A stretch of 64,000 nucleotides of DNA from an uncultured Verrucomicrobiae bacterium (GTDB lineage: Bacteria > Verrucomicrobiota > Verrucomicrobiia > Chthoniobacterales > Chthoniobacteraceae), in assembly GCA_963828525.1 (NCBI GenBank), contig CAWHEP010000014.1:32001-96000 (forward strand). Reading direction: 5' to 3'. Both the position numbers and the translations under genes were made by a program. Of this stretch, positions 1-7,628 are shown in pieces. The stretch's first letter is position 1. The number at the start of each line of letters is the position of its first letter. The notes under the pieces are model-generated. The model did no database searches, was not told the origin of the DNA, and saw only the letters and a list, made by a program, of their open reading frames with translations.

Positions 1-45
1 GATGACCTCGATGAGCTGACCTTTGATGAAGTTTAAGAGACCCAT
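1..45 (-). CDS. 5' end of probable SPFH-domain (YdjI-like) protein, runs off window
   Basis: ATG at 45 reads MGLLNFIKGQLIEVI, resembling the N-terminus of YdjI-like SPFH proteins; only 15 codons visible. Confidence 0.5.
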   Translation of the reverse strand, partial: MGLLNFIKGQLIEVI

Positions 46-114
46 GGCTTTTGTATTTTGGAGGTGGTTTCGGCCACCGATTACGTGTTGGTGGCGGTGA
101 CTAAGGTTCCATGT

Positions 115-744
115 TTACACATCGCTGGTCTGCTGTGAAAGCTTGGATTTTGGAACTGTGATGAGAGGCTCGCGCAGGTAGATCGGCTCCAAATCTCCTG
201 TCGCCGCTATCCCTCGTCCCCGTCTTTCAAGGGCGAGCAACCTCTCCGCGGATGGAAAAGTGACAAGGGCCCGATCAAGACCGGGCACAGGAGAGACTGA
301 CAGGATTGGGAGTGACTCCGGCAATGAACCATCCGGAAGTAAATCGGAAAGCGGCAGCAAGTCCGGCCCTTCGGTGATGAGGCCATCGTCCACTCGCGCG
401 CGGAAGTACGTCTGGCGGCGGGCATCTCCGACAACCAGGTAGCTCAACGCCTCCGTGTTCATCGCGACGATGGAGGGAATCCCGGCCACTTTGGTTGAGC
501 CGGCAAGTTCGATGCCGATTGCCGCGGAGATCGCCACCCTCACGCCCGAGTAGGAGCCCGGTCCGAGACCCACGATCACGCGGTCGCACAGGCCCGTGAT
601 CTTCAGGGCCCTCTCCAGCACCGGGAAAAGCGCCGCGCTCCGCCCACGCGGCGCCGTGAAGCTTTCGGAGAAAACCCGCTCTCCATCACGCATCGCGGCG
701 ACGCTGCCAACGGCGCTTGAGCATTCTATGGCAAGAATCGTCAT
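115..744 (-). CDS. tsaB: tRNA t6A biosynthesis protein TsaB
   Basis: MTILAIECSS start, VGLGPGSYSGVR motif, DARR, C-terminal LEPIYLR; ATGA overlap with tsaE stop. Confidence 0.92.
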   Translation of the reverse strand: MTILAIECSSAVGSVAAMRDGERVFSESFTAPRGRSAALFPVLERALKITGLCDRVIVGLGPGSYSGVRVAISAAIGIELAGSTKVAGIPSIVAMNTEALSYLVVGDARRQTYFRARVDDGLITEGPDLLPLSDLLPDGSLPESLPILSVSPVPGLDRALVTFPSAERLLALERRGRGIAATGDLEPIYLREPLITVPKSKLSQQTSDV

Positions 745-1163
745 CCTTTGTCTCCGAAGCGCAGCTCCCGACATTCGGATTCCCCTTGCGCGTGAACAAA
801 GTGTATCCACAAAGCCGACGCGGGGATCAATTCCGGGAATTTATCCGCCCACTCGATTACGGTTACGCCTCCGGAAGAAAGGTATTCGTCAAACCCGATC
901 CCCAGAACTTGCTCAGCGGTGTCGAGGCGGTAAAAATCCATGTGATAAAGAGGCAGGCGACCGCCACGATATTCATGCGCGAGAGAAAACGTCGGGCTTG
1001 TCGCTTCCATCTGTATGCCGAGACCCGCCGCGATCCCTTTGACGAAATGCGTCTTGCCCGCGCTGAGATCTCCGCGCAATGCCATCACGTCTCCCGCTTT
1101 CAACCGCCGCGCGTGTTGCTCTCCAATGGCAAAAGTCTCCGCGGCGCTATGAGAAATGATCAT
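741..1163 (-). CDS. tsaE: tRNA t6A biosynthesis ATPase TsaE
   Basis: GDLSAGKT, TSPTF, HMDFYRL, IEWAD motifs; ATG at 1163 preferred over ORF-track start 1175. Confidence 0.95.
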   Translation of the reverse strand: MIISHSAAETFAIGEQHARRLKAGDVMALRGDLSAGKTHFVKGIAAGLGIQMEATSPTFSLAHEYRGGRLPLYHMDFYRLDTAEQVLGIGFDEYLSSGGVTVIEWADKFPELIPASALWIHFVHAQGESECRELRFGDKG

Positions 1164-2083
1164 ACCCGGAGTCAAGCGGGGGCTGTTGTTCCGATGGGCC
1201 GGTGAGGCATCCGATGCGGGTGAGCTTCAGTCGCGGAAATTGTTTCCTCCAACTGGTTTCGAGGGAGGAGGAATCATGCGGCGAGATCGCAAACAGCAAT
1301 TCGTAATCCTCGCCGTCTGAAACAGCATTGTGAATGGTCGCGCGGGGAGAGCGGGGGAGGCTCCGCTCATCCAAGCGAAAGCCAGTGCCGCTGGCGCGCC
1401 GCGAGCCGGGGCAGATCGCTTCCCAAGCCGTCGCTGAGGTCCATCATGGCTCGCAGGTGGAAGTTCTCTGTGAGCCAGCGCGCCTCCTCCACGCGCGGCA
1501 CAAACCGCAGATGCTTGCCCGCCAGTGAGCCGCCAAGGCGCCCGGTGACGTAAAGGATGTCGCCCGCGCGTCCGCCGGAGCGATAAACGCACCGCTTCCG
1601 CTCCACGAAGCCCTGAAGCGCGATAGACAAAAAAATGCCGCCTGGCGAGCGGGTTGTTTCGCCGCCAACGATGGTTACGCCAAACCGCTTCGCCGCGCGT
1701 TGCATGCCGCTGTGGCAGGCAAGCAGCCACGCGAGCGAGCAGGTTCCGGGGATAGCCATTGTAACCAACGCGCGCTGCGGTACGCCGCCCATGGCGGCGA
1801 TGTCGCTGATCGGGCGCGCCATAGCCTTCCAGCCCACCTGACGCGCTTCCGCGCTGGGCAGGAAATGTATGCCTTCGACCAGGGCGTCGGCTTTGAGAAG
1901 GCTCCAGACGGATGCGCGCGGGGCCCCGATCACGGCGCAGTCATCCCCCGGGCCCGCTTGTACGTCCTTGCCCGGCGAGAAGCTCCGTGTGAGCTCGGCA
2001 ACCACGTGTTCCTCACCACAGTCCGCGAGCGTCAAAAGCAGATCGTGGTATCGGCTTCTTACGCGCGCAGATGGCCTCTTCAT
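1147..2083 (-). CDS. thiL: Thiamine-monophosphate kinase, frameshifted near 1390
   Basis: GPGDDCA, ISDIAAMGG, GGETT, MMDLSDGL in ORF 1367-2083; GEDYELLF and GYDHF C-terminus in ORF 1147-1374; true start possibly TTG at ~2035. Confidence 0.9.
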
Positions 2084-2089
2084 CGTCGA

Positions 2090-2902
2090 TTACAAGGATG
2101 CTGGATGGGAATGAGTAACGTAGAGAACGAGCGCGAAAGTAATCGAATTAAAACACGAATGCATGACCATCGGAATGAGGAGCGATCCCGTCGCCTCATA
2201 AGCCAGTGTCAAGCAGAGCGCGAGAACGAAGAGGGGGAGCAGGGAAGCGGTATTGAGATGGATGGCGGCGAAGAGCGCGGCATTGCCGATCATTCCGGCG
2301 GATGCTCCTATATAGCGTTTTGCAATTCCATAGAAATAGCCTCGAAAGATAAACTCCTCGGCGACTGGCGCGACGAACGACCCGAAACGCAATCGTCCAG
2401 AAAACAGACGCGCGATCTGAGTTGCGGGATGCATTTTCAAAGAACTGCACGATTTCCTGGCTCTCGACATTGCCGCCCATCCAGCGCTGCACAAGAGCCG
2501 CGGCTCCCATCGCCAGCGGGTAAGCCGCGAGAAAGAGGAGGATTCCCGTGCCTGGCACTCTCCACAAGGGAAGCTGTTCGGATGCCAAATACCTGGACCG
2601 GGTCGATTCCGCGACAGTAGAGAAATCCGCAGATGCCGGCCAGAAGTCCCGCTGATAAGCGCCGCGCTATGCGCGACGTCCCGCAGGTTCACGGCATGTG
2701 CGCATCCTTGCCAAAGCCATGGATAACCACCATCACGAAACCAGGCCCGAGGACGGAGCTGGAGAGGAGGTCAGGGAAACCGAGTTTGCGGAGATGGACT
2801 TTACCCCCGCCGAGAAACGCGTTACGGGCCAGCGCAATGTAAACTCCCAAGCAGACCGCAATGAGAAGGATGCCTATGAATAGAACGCCGGATGATTGCA
2901 CG
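2090..2902 (-). CDS. CPBP (CAAX/Abi) intramembrane metalloprotease, several frameshifts
   Basis: APVAEEFIFRG, FAAIH, MHSCFN motifs in 2090 frame; hydrophobic N-terminal segments spread over ORFs 2196-2588 and 2689-2922; start approximate. Confidence 0.8.
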
Positions 2903-2952
2903 GGTAATCTGGCTCTGCGCACTCCGCCATGCCCAGACGCTCAAAGGTGGTG

Positions 2953-3955
2953 TTAGATGCCTGGCAGCAGGTAAACGCGGCCCGGTGCCAGCCTGGGGAG
3001 CGACGCCTTCCGGAAGGTTGATCTCAATTTTAGGCATGGACGCCTTGCCGAGCATCCGGAAAAGCCTGCCAAGATGGAATTTCGCCTCGTATTTCACGAT
3101 CTCCGCGTCGGGGGAGAAGCCAGAGATCGCGCGCCTTTCTCATAAGCATCCTCAATATATCCCGTCTGATTGATCAGTTTGTCCGCCAGGGCGTCTGTGC
3201 CGCTGATGATCCGGCCGTCGGCGATCCCGGCGCGCAGCGTATCCGCATTCAACCCGCGCTCGCTGGCAACGACATGCAGGAATTTGTCGTAGGTCTGCAT
3301 GACCAGCTTCTGAATGTAAGCTTTTTCCTCATCGGTCATGGGCCGTGATCCGCTTAGGATATCCTTGAAAGCGCCGCTCTTAAAACCACGGCCTGAACTC
3401 CGATTTTTCCCATCAGTTGCTCATAGTTCAGCGTCTCGATGATAACGCCAATGCTGCCGGTGATCGTAGTTTCATTGGCCATGAGATAGCTGCCACCGCA
3501 AGACACGTAGAACCCGCCGGAAGCCGCTACAGACCCCATGTAAACAACGACAGGCTTCTTCTCGCGAGCCTTGCGCACCGCGTTATAGATCGTATCAGCG
3601 GCTGTTACTTCGCCGCCGGGCGAGTCCACATATAACAGGATGGCCTTCACCTTGTCATCATCCACCGCCTGCTGCAGGCCGAGCTTCATGTCATCGATCA
3701 TCGTGTCTCCGACCGTCCCCGCGATGGATGAACTGATGAGACCTTGCAACGAGACAATCGCGATCTTGTCGGAGCTGCCGCCGGTGCCTCGGGCAAACCA
3801 CCGTTTCATCGAATTTCGGTGCGGGCCGCCCTCCGACGGAGAGATTTGGCATCTTGCGCGCGTTCGCCGCGGCAAGGACGAGATTTAGCAATCACGCTCA
3901 GACCCAGCAGAATCAATAACCCGAAGCCCAGACACCCGAAACGCTTGTTACTCAT
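2953..3955 (-). CDS. sppA: Signal peptide peptidase SppA (S49), several frameshifts
   Basis: MSNKRFGCLG N-terminal anchor from ATG 3955; VDSPGGEV, AASGGFY, TGSIGV, KSGAFKD, ADGRII stitched across frames; ends GRVYLLPGI* at 2953. Confidence 0.88.
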
Positions 3956-5543
3956 GAGCCGGGAACTTGCCGAATAACCAGGAATCTGACAAGCGATGTT
4001 TTCCCGGCGGCTTTCCGGGACGTCTGGAGCGCGACACGCCTTCCGCGACCGGCGCGCGCGGGGGCTGGATTAGTACCGAGCGCTGCCGGAGTTGCATGAA
4101 CGCGCTGCCCAATGTTGCGAAGAGATCGGGCGCGGCGAGAGACTCCTCGGAGCGTCCGCCCTGCTGAATAGCAAGCTCAGACGCGCGGCCGCAGAGCCAC
4201 GCGGCCAGCCTCGCCGCATCGTAGAGGGAAAGTCCCTGGCCGATCAGGGACGCGCACACACCGGTGAGCACGTCGCCCATGCCGCCCGTCGCCATCCCGG
4301 GCGCGCCAGTGGTGTTGTAGCAAACGCTGCGGCCCGCTTCCCCAACGATGGTCCGCGAACCCTTCAGGAGGAGAGTGACAGGGAAATCCTTTGTGAAAGC
4401 GTCGACTGTTTCCTTTCGACCCAAAGGTTTGCGAGGAAATAGCCGCTCCATTTCCCCGGGGTGTGGCGTCAGCAGCCTGGGGCCGGCGCAGGAGCGCAAA
4501 ACGTCGATGGCACTGGATACCAGGTTCAGCGCGTCGGCGTCCACGACCATCGGCATAGTGGCATGCCTCACCACGTCCAGGACGGCTTCGCGGGTGCGCT
4601 GCCCGAGGCCCGGTCCAATCCCCAGAGCGTCGTGTTTTCGATCCATCAGTTCACGATAGGAAACTACGGGATATACCATCACCGAAGGCGACGCCGCAGC
4701 GGCGGCAATCGCATAGATGTCTTCCGTGACGTAGAGTGTGACAAGACCCGCGCCGGCGCGCACCGCCGCTTCAGAAGCCAGCAGGGCGGCTCCCACGAAT
4801 CCTCGCGAGCCGGCGATGATCCCGATGCGGCCGTACGAGCCTTTATGGGAATCGAAAGCGCGGAGCGGCAATAGCGGCGAGAGACTCTCCGGGGTAGCCA
4901 CCAGGGCATCTTCTTGCGATCCGGGCTGGTGGCCGGAGAGGCCTTCCAGTGGCAGGACCGCAAGCCGGCCCACAAAATTGGTGGCCGGATCAGCGACAAG
5001 GCCCTTCTTGCAAAAGCCGATTGCAGCGGTGAGATCGGCAACAACGCAGTCGGGATCGGCTTCACCGGTATCGCCATTCAAGCCCGTGGGCGCGTCGATC
5101 GCGATAACACGCCCGGCTTTCGAGCGGCGGAGTTCGTTGATCTCGCGAGCCTGCGCGCGTACTGGGTCTCGCAGGGCGCCGTTCGCGCCGATTCCGAGCA
5201 GCCCGTCCAGGATGACCAAAGGCCCCGCGGTGTGGCGCGGCAATAGTGATGTGCCCACGCTGGCCAGTTTTTGCGCGGTCAGGGCGCTTAAGTGTTCAGG
5301 CGGGAAGGCCGGGTGAAGCTGGATGCGCCATCCCATCAACGCGAGGTGACGCGAGGCTACGAGAGCATCACCGCCGTTGTGCCCTTTCCCATAATAGATT
5401 CGGGCAGTGCCGGGCGAGGGGAACGATTGTCGCGCCACCTCCGCCACCCGGAGGCCGGCTTCTTCCATGAGCCCGTCGGCGGAAGCGCCGCTCGCGAAAG
5501 CGGCTTCCTCGGCACGGCGCATCTCTTCGCAGGAAACCAGCAT
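3948..5543 (-). CDS. nnr: Bifunctional NAD(P)H-hydrate epimerase/dehydratase
   Basis: GKGHNGGD (YjeF_N), HKGSYG, GIGPGLG, VVDADAL, LTPHPGE, MATGGMGDVL; the last ~40 codons look like read-through, true stop probably ~4070. Confidence 0.93.
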   Translation of the reverse strand: MLVSCEEMRRAEEAAFASGASADGLMEEAGLRVAEVARQSFPSPGTARIYYGKGHNGGDALVASRHLALMGWRIQLHPAFPPEHLSALTAQKLASVGTSLLPRHTAGPLVILDGLLGIGANGALRDPVRAQAREINELRRSKAGRVIAIDAPTGLNGDTGEADPDCVVADLTAAIGFCKKGLVADPATNFVGRLAVLPLEGLSGHQPGSQEDALVATPESLSPLLPLRAFDSHKGSYGRIGIIAGSRGFVGAALLASEAAVRAGAGLVTLYVTEDIYAIAAAAASPSVMVYPVVSYRELMDRKHDALGIGPGLGQRTREAVLDVVRHATMPMVVDADALNLVSSAIDVLRSCAGPRLLTPHPGEMERLFPRKPLGRKETVDAFTKDFPVTLLLKGSRTIVGEAGRSVCYNTTGAPGMATGGMGDVLTGVCASLIGQGLSLYDAARLAAWLCGRASELAIQQGGRSEESLAAPDLFATLGSAFMQLRQRSVLIQPPRAPVAEGVSRSRRPGKPPGKHRLSDSWLFGKFPAHE

Positions 5544-6607
5544 TAGCGGGAGACGGCTCCACCGGTGGAAGCCATATAGCTCTCCGCGGGGGCGATCACC
5601 TCTTCGCCCAACGCTGTCAGAGTTGCGTGCCGCCTCACCGTTTCGATACCGCTCGCGAAGCTCCGGTCGTGACTCGCGAGATCGCTCAGCGCCTGCTCAA
5701 TGTCAGCAGGCGGCAAAATATCGGCATCGAGCAGGCTCGCGACCGCCATCCGCATCCGCGCCACGACAAATGTCGCGTGGTAGATGCCTTCGATGGGTCG
5801 AGCGTCAGGGCGCAAAGGGGAAACGTAGCGCTCGGTCGCGTCATTCTCGAGCAGCGGCCCATCCACCCCGTAGCCGAAAAGCAAATTATGAGCGCTCTCG
5901 TGGGCAAGCATCTGCGTCATGCCGAGGGGACCATCCTTCCGGTCCGCGTTGATGATGATCGCGCCCCAAAGCATGAATGAGGAAGCTCCGTCAAAGGTGA
6001 GCGCCTTTGGATCCTTGGAACCGGCGGCAAGAATGATGTGCCGGATTAGCGCGCGGAACTCCAGCGCCATTTCGGGGTTGGCGTCGCCGAGCAGGGAAAG
6101 AGCGGCATGGATATTTGCTTCGCTGGCGGCGGCGGCGGCTTGCGATGGAGCAAAAACCTCAAATGGCATCTCCGGATCTGTATCCACGAATCGCGCGTAA
6201 CGGGCCGCGATCGGATCCACGGTGGGATCGGGAAGGATGAATACTCGAAGCTGCCCGTCCTCTTCGTCCAGGGCAACGATCTCCCGGAAAAAGGCTGAGG
6301 CCTGATCCAGTTCATCCCGTTCGATGGCGAGGACAAGATCGCAGTAGAGACTGTAGGCGAGCGGTGAAACGGGAGCGCGTCTGAGCCGCGCGACGAATGA
6401 TGTCAGATCACCGGGCTCAACCGCGAGGTGTTGACCGGCTTCCGCGAAGACGTACGAGAGGCTGTCAGCGAGTCTTTCCCGGACATGCTGATCGAGGAAG
6501 GCCGCCCGCCCAGCATCCGGCTCGAAGCTGTGGGAGATCAGCGTTGCTGATGGAGAGTTCAGGATTGTATGAGCCCGTCCGCGCGGTTCCACGCGGATTT
6601 TGGCCAT
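5543..6607 (-). CDS. HEXXH-motif peptide-modification protein (alpha-KG-HExxH family, putative beta-hydroxylase)
   Basis: FDGASS..WGAIIIN, LAHESAH (HESAH at 5888-5902), SPLRPDARPIEGIYHA: family signature HExxH...SPxRxDxRP..G.xH; 354 aa; stop overlaps nnr start (TAATG). Confidence 0.85.
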   Translation of the reverse strand: MAKIRVEPRGRAHTILNSPSATLISHSFEPDAGRAAFLDQHVRERLADSLSYVFAEAGQHLAVEPGDLTSFVARLRRAPVSPLAYSLYCDLVLAIERDELDQASAFFREIVALDEEDGQLRVFILPDPTVDPIAARYARFVDTDPEMPFEVFAPSQAAAAASEANIHAALSLLGDANPEMALEFRALIRHIILAAGSKDPKALTFDGASSFMLWGAIIINADRKDGPLGMTQMLAHESAHNLLFGYGVDGPLLENDATERYVSPLRPDARPIEGIYHATFVVARMRMAVASLLDADILPPADIEQALSDLASHDRSFASGIETVRRHATLTALGEEVIAPAESYMASTGGAVSR

Positions 6608-6637
6608 TCGGAGGCGAAGACGCGGAATAGCGCCGGC

Positions 6638-6814
6638 TTACTTAGCGACCGACAGCCCGATGCCGCGCTTGGTTCCGAACATCGTCCCGGAGGGGAGCTT
6701 CGCAACGCGAATCTCGCCCGCGGCTGGCTTTTTAACCCGATCAAAGGCGAGCAACTTGCTCCAGTCCAACCTGAATGTTTTTGCTTTAGAAGTTATAGGA
6801 AGGAGCCGGCTCAT
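6638..6814 (-). CDS. Putative RiPP precursor B1 (58 aa) MSRLLPITSKAKTFRLDWSKLLAFDRVKKPAAGEIRVAKLPSGTMFGTKRGIGLSVAK
   Basis: ATG 6814 overlaps A1 stop (ATGA); shares LDWSKLLAFD and TMFGTK with paralogs; 30 nt upstream of HExxH gene. Confidence 0.75.
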   Translation of the reverse strand: MSRLLPITSKAKTFRLDWSKLLAFDRVKKPAAGEIRVAKLPSGTMFGTKRGIGLSVAK

Positions 6815-6969
6815 GCTATCCGGCGAAGGCCACTCTTGGTGCCGAACATTGTCATCCCTGGGCCTTTTAACGAATGCGCTTCTTCTTTGGAGGAAGCGGA
6901 AGGTTTGACTTGGTCGAACGCGAGCAGCTTGCTCCAATCGAGTTTGACGCGGTTTTTTTTGGTGCTCAT
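6811..6969 (-). CDS. Putative RiPP precursor A1 (52 aa) MSTKKNRVKLDWSKLLAFDQVKPSASSKEEAHSLKGPGMTMFGTKSGLRRIA
   Basis: Hand-translated, below ORF-track size cutoff; paralog of A2 with mostly synonymous differences; promoter-like sequence immediately upstream. Confidence 0.8.
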   Translation of the reverse strand: MSTKKNRVKLDWSKLLAFDQVKPSASSKEEAHSLKGPGMTMFGTKSGLRRIA

Positions 6970-6977
6970 GGGATTGT

Positions 6978-7004
6978 ATTACAAATTGCGCGTATTCTTG
7001 TCAA
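6978..7004 (-). promoter_or_regulatory. Sigma70-like promoter of precursor A1 (TTGACA-N15-TGTAAT)
   Basis: -35 at 6999-7004, -10 at 6978-6983, 8 nt before ATG; conserved in duplicate copy. Confidence 0.55.
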
Positions 7005-7075
7005 CGCTTCAGCGGTATGCCGAGCCTGCTTCCGCGAATTCTATGTAGACCCGTGATCAACCATGATCCGCTTCA

Positions 7076-7217
7076 CTGAGGCCTGTCCGATTCATCCCGT
7101 TCGATGGCGAGGACAAGATGCGGTAGAGGCCGTAGGCGACTGGCGGAACGGGCGCGTTTAAGCCGCGCGACGAATGATGTCAGGTCACCGGAGTCAATCG
7201 CGAGGTGTTGACCAGCT
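7076..7217 (-). pseudogene. Degenerate internal fragment of the HExxH gene
   Basis: AGQHLAIDSGDLTSFVARLKRA...LVLAIERDE versus AGQHLAVEPGDLTSFVARLRRA...LVLAIERDE in the intact gene; no start, small indels. Confidence 0.85.
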
Positions 7218-7389
7218 TGCCACCGGCAGTCCGATCCCGCCCTTGCTTCCGAACATCGTTCCGGCGGGGAGCTTCGCGAGGCGCTTCTCGCCCGCAGCTG
7301 GCTTTTTGACCTGATCAAACGCCGAGCAATGTGCTCCAATCCAGCCTCAATGTTTTTGTTTTTGAGCTCATAGGAAGGATCTGGCTCAT
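7218..7389 (-). pseudogene. Precursor B2, frameshifted (+1 G near 7322): MSQILPMSSKTKTLRLDWSTLL/AFDQVKKPAAGEKRLAKLPAGTMFGSKGGIGLPVA
   Basis: Collinear with B1; CTCGGCGTTTGA gives a premature stop; native stop removed by deletion joining it to the HExxH fragment; frameshift could be a sequencing error. Confidence 0.7.
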
Positions 7390-7541
7390 GCTATCCTGCG
7401 AATTCCAGGCTTGGAACCGAACATCGTCATCCCAGGGCTCTTCAACGAGTGCGTTTCCTTGGAAGAAGCAGAAGGTTTGACTTGGTCAAAGGCGAGCAGC
7501 TTGCTCCAATCGAGTTTGATGCGGGTCTTTTTCGTGTTCAT
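7386..7541 (-). CDS. Putative RiPP precursor A2 (51 aa) MNTKKTRIKLDWSKLLAFDQVKPSASSKETHSLKSPGMTMFGSKPGIRRIA
   Basis: Hand-translated; intact ORF paralogous to A1. Confidence 0.8.
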   Translation of the reverse strand: MNTKKTRIKLDWSKLLAFDQVKPSASSKETHSLKSPGMTMFGSKPGIRRIA

Positions 7542-7549
7542 GGGATTGT

Positions 7550-7576
7550 ATTATAAAAGAGGCGTATCCTTGTCAA
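7550..7576 (-). promoter_or_regulatory. Sigma70-like promoter of precursor A2 (TTGACA-N15-TATAAT)
   Basis: Consensus hexamers at 7571-7576 and 7550-7555, 8 nt before ATG 7541; spacer is short (15 nt). Confidence 0.6.
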
Positions 7577-7628
7577 CGCTGCAATATATCCAGGTGACAT
7601 CCGCGACTCCATGGACGCCTGATCAACC

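Noticed and set aside
5543..6607. HExxH protein as an ordinary zinc metalloprotease
   Set aside because: The downstream SPLRPDARP..GIYH motif and the small-peptide context fit the RiPP-associated HExxH family better, though a protease role is not formally excluded.
6638..6937. 99-aa ORF-track call for B1
   Set aside because: Its first 41 codons are an off-frame reading of A1; the ATG at 6814 gives the coupled start.
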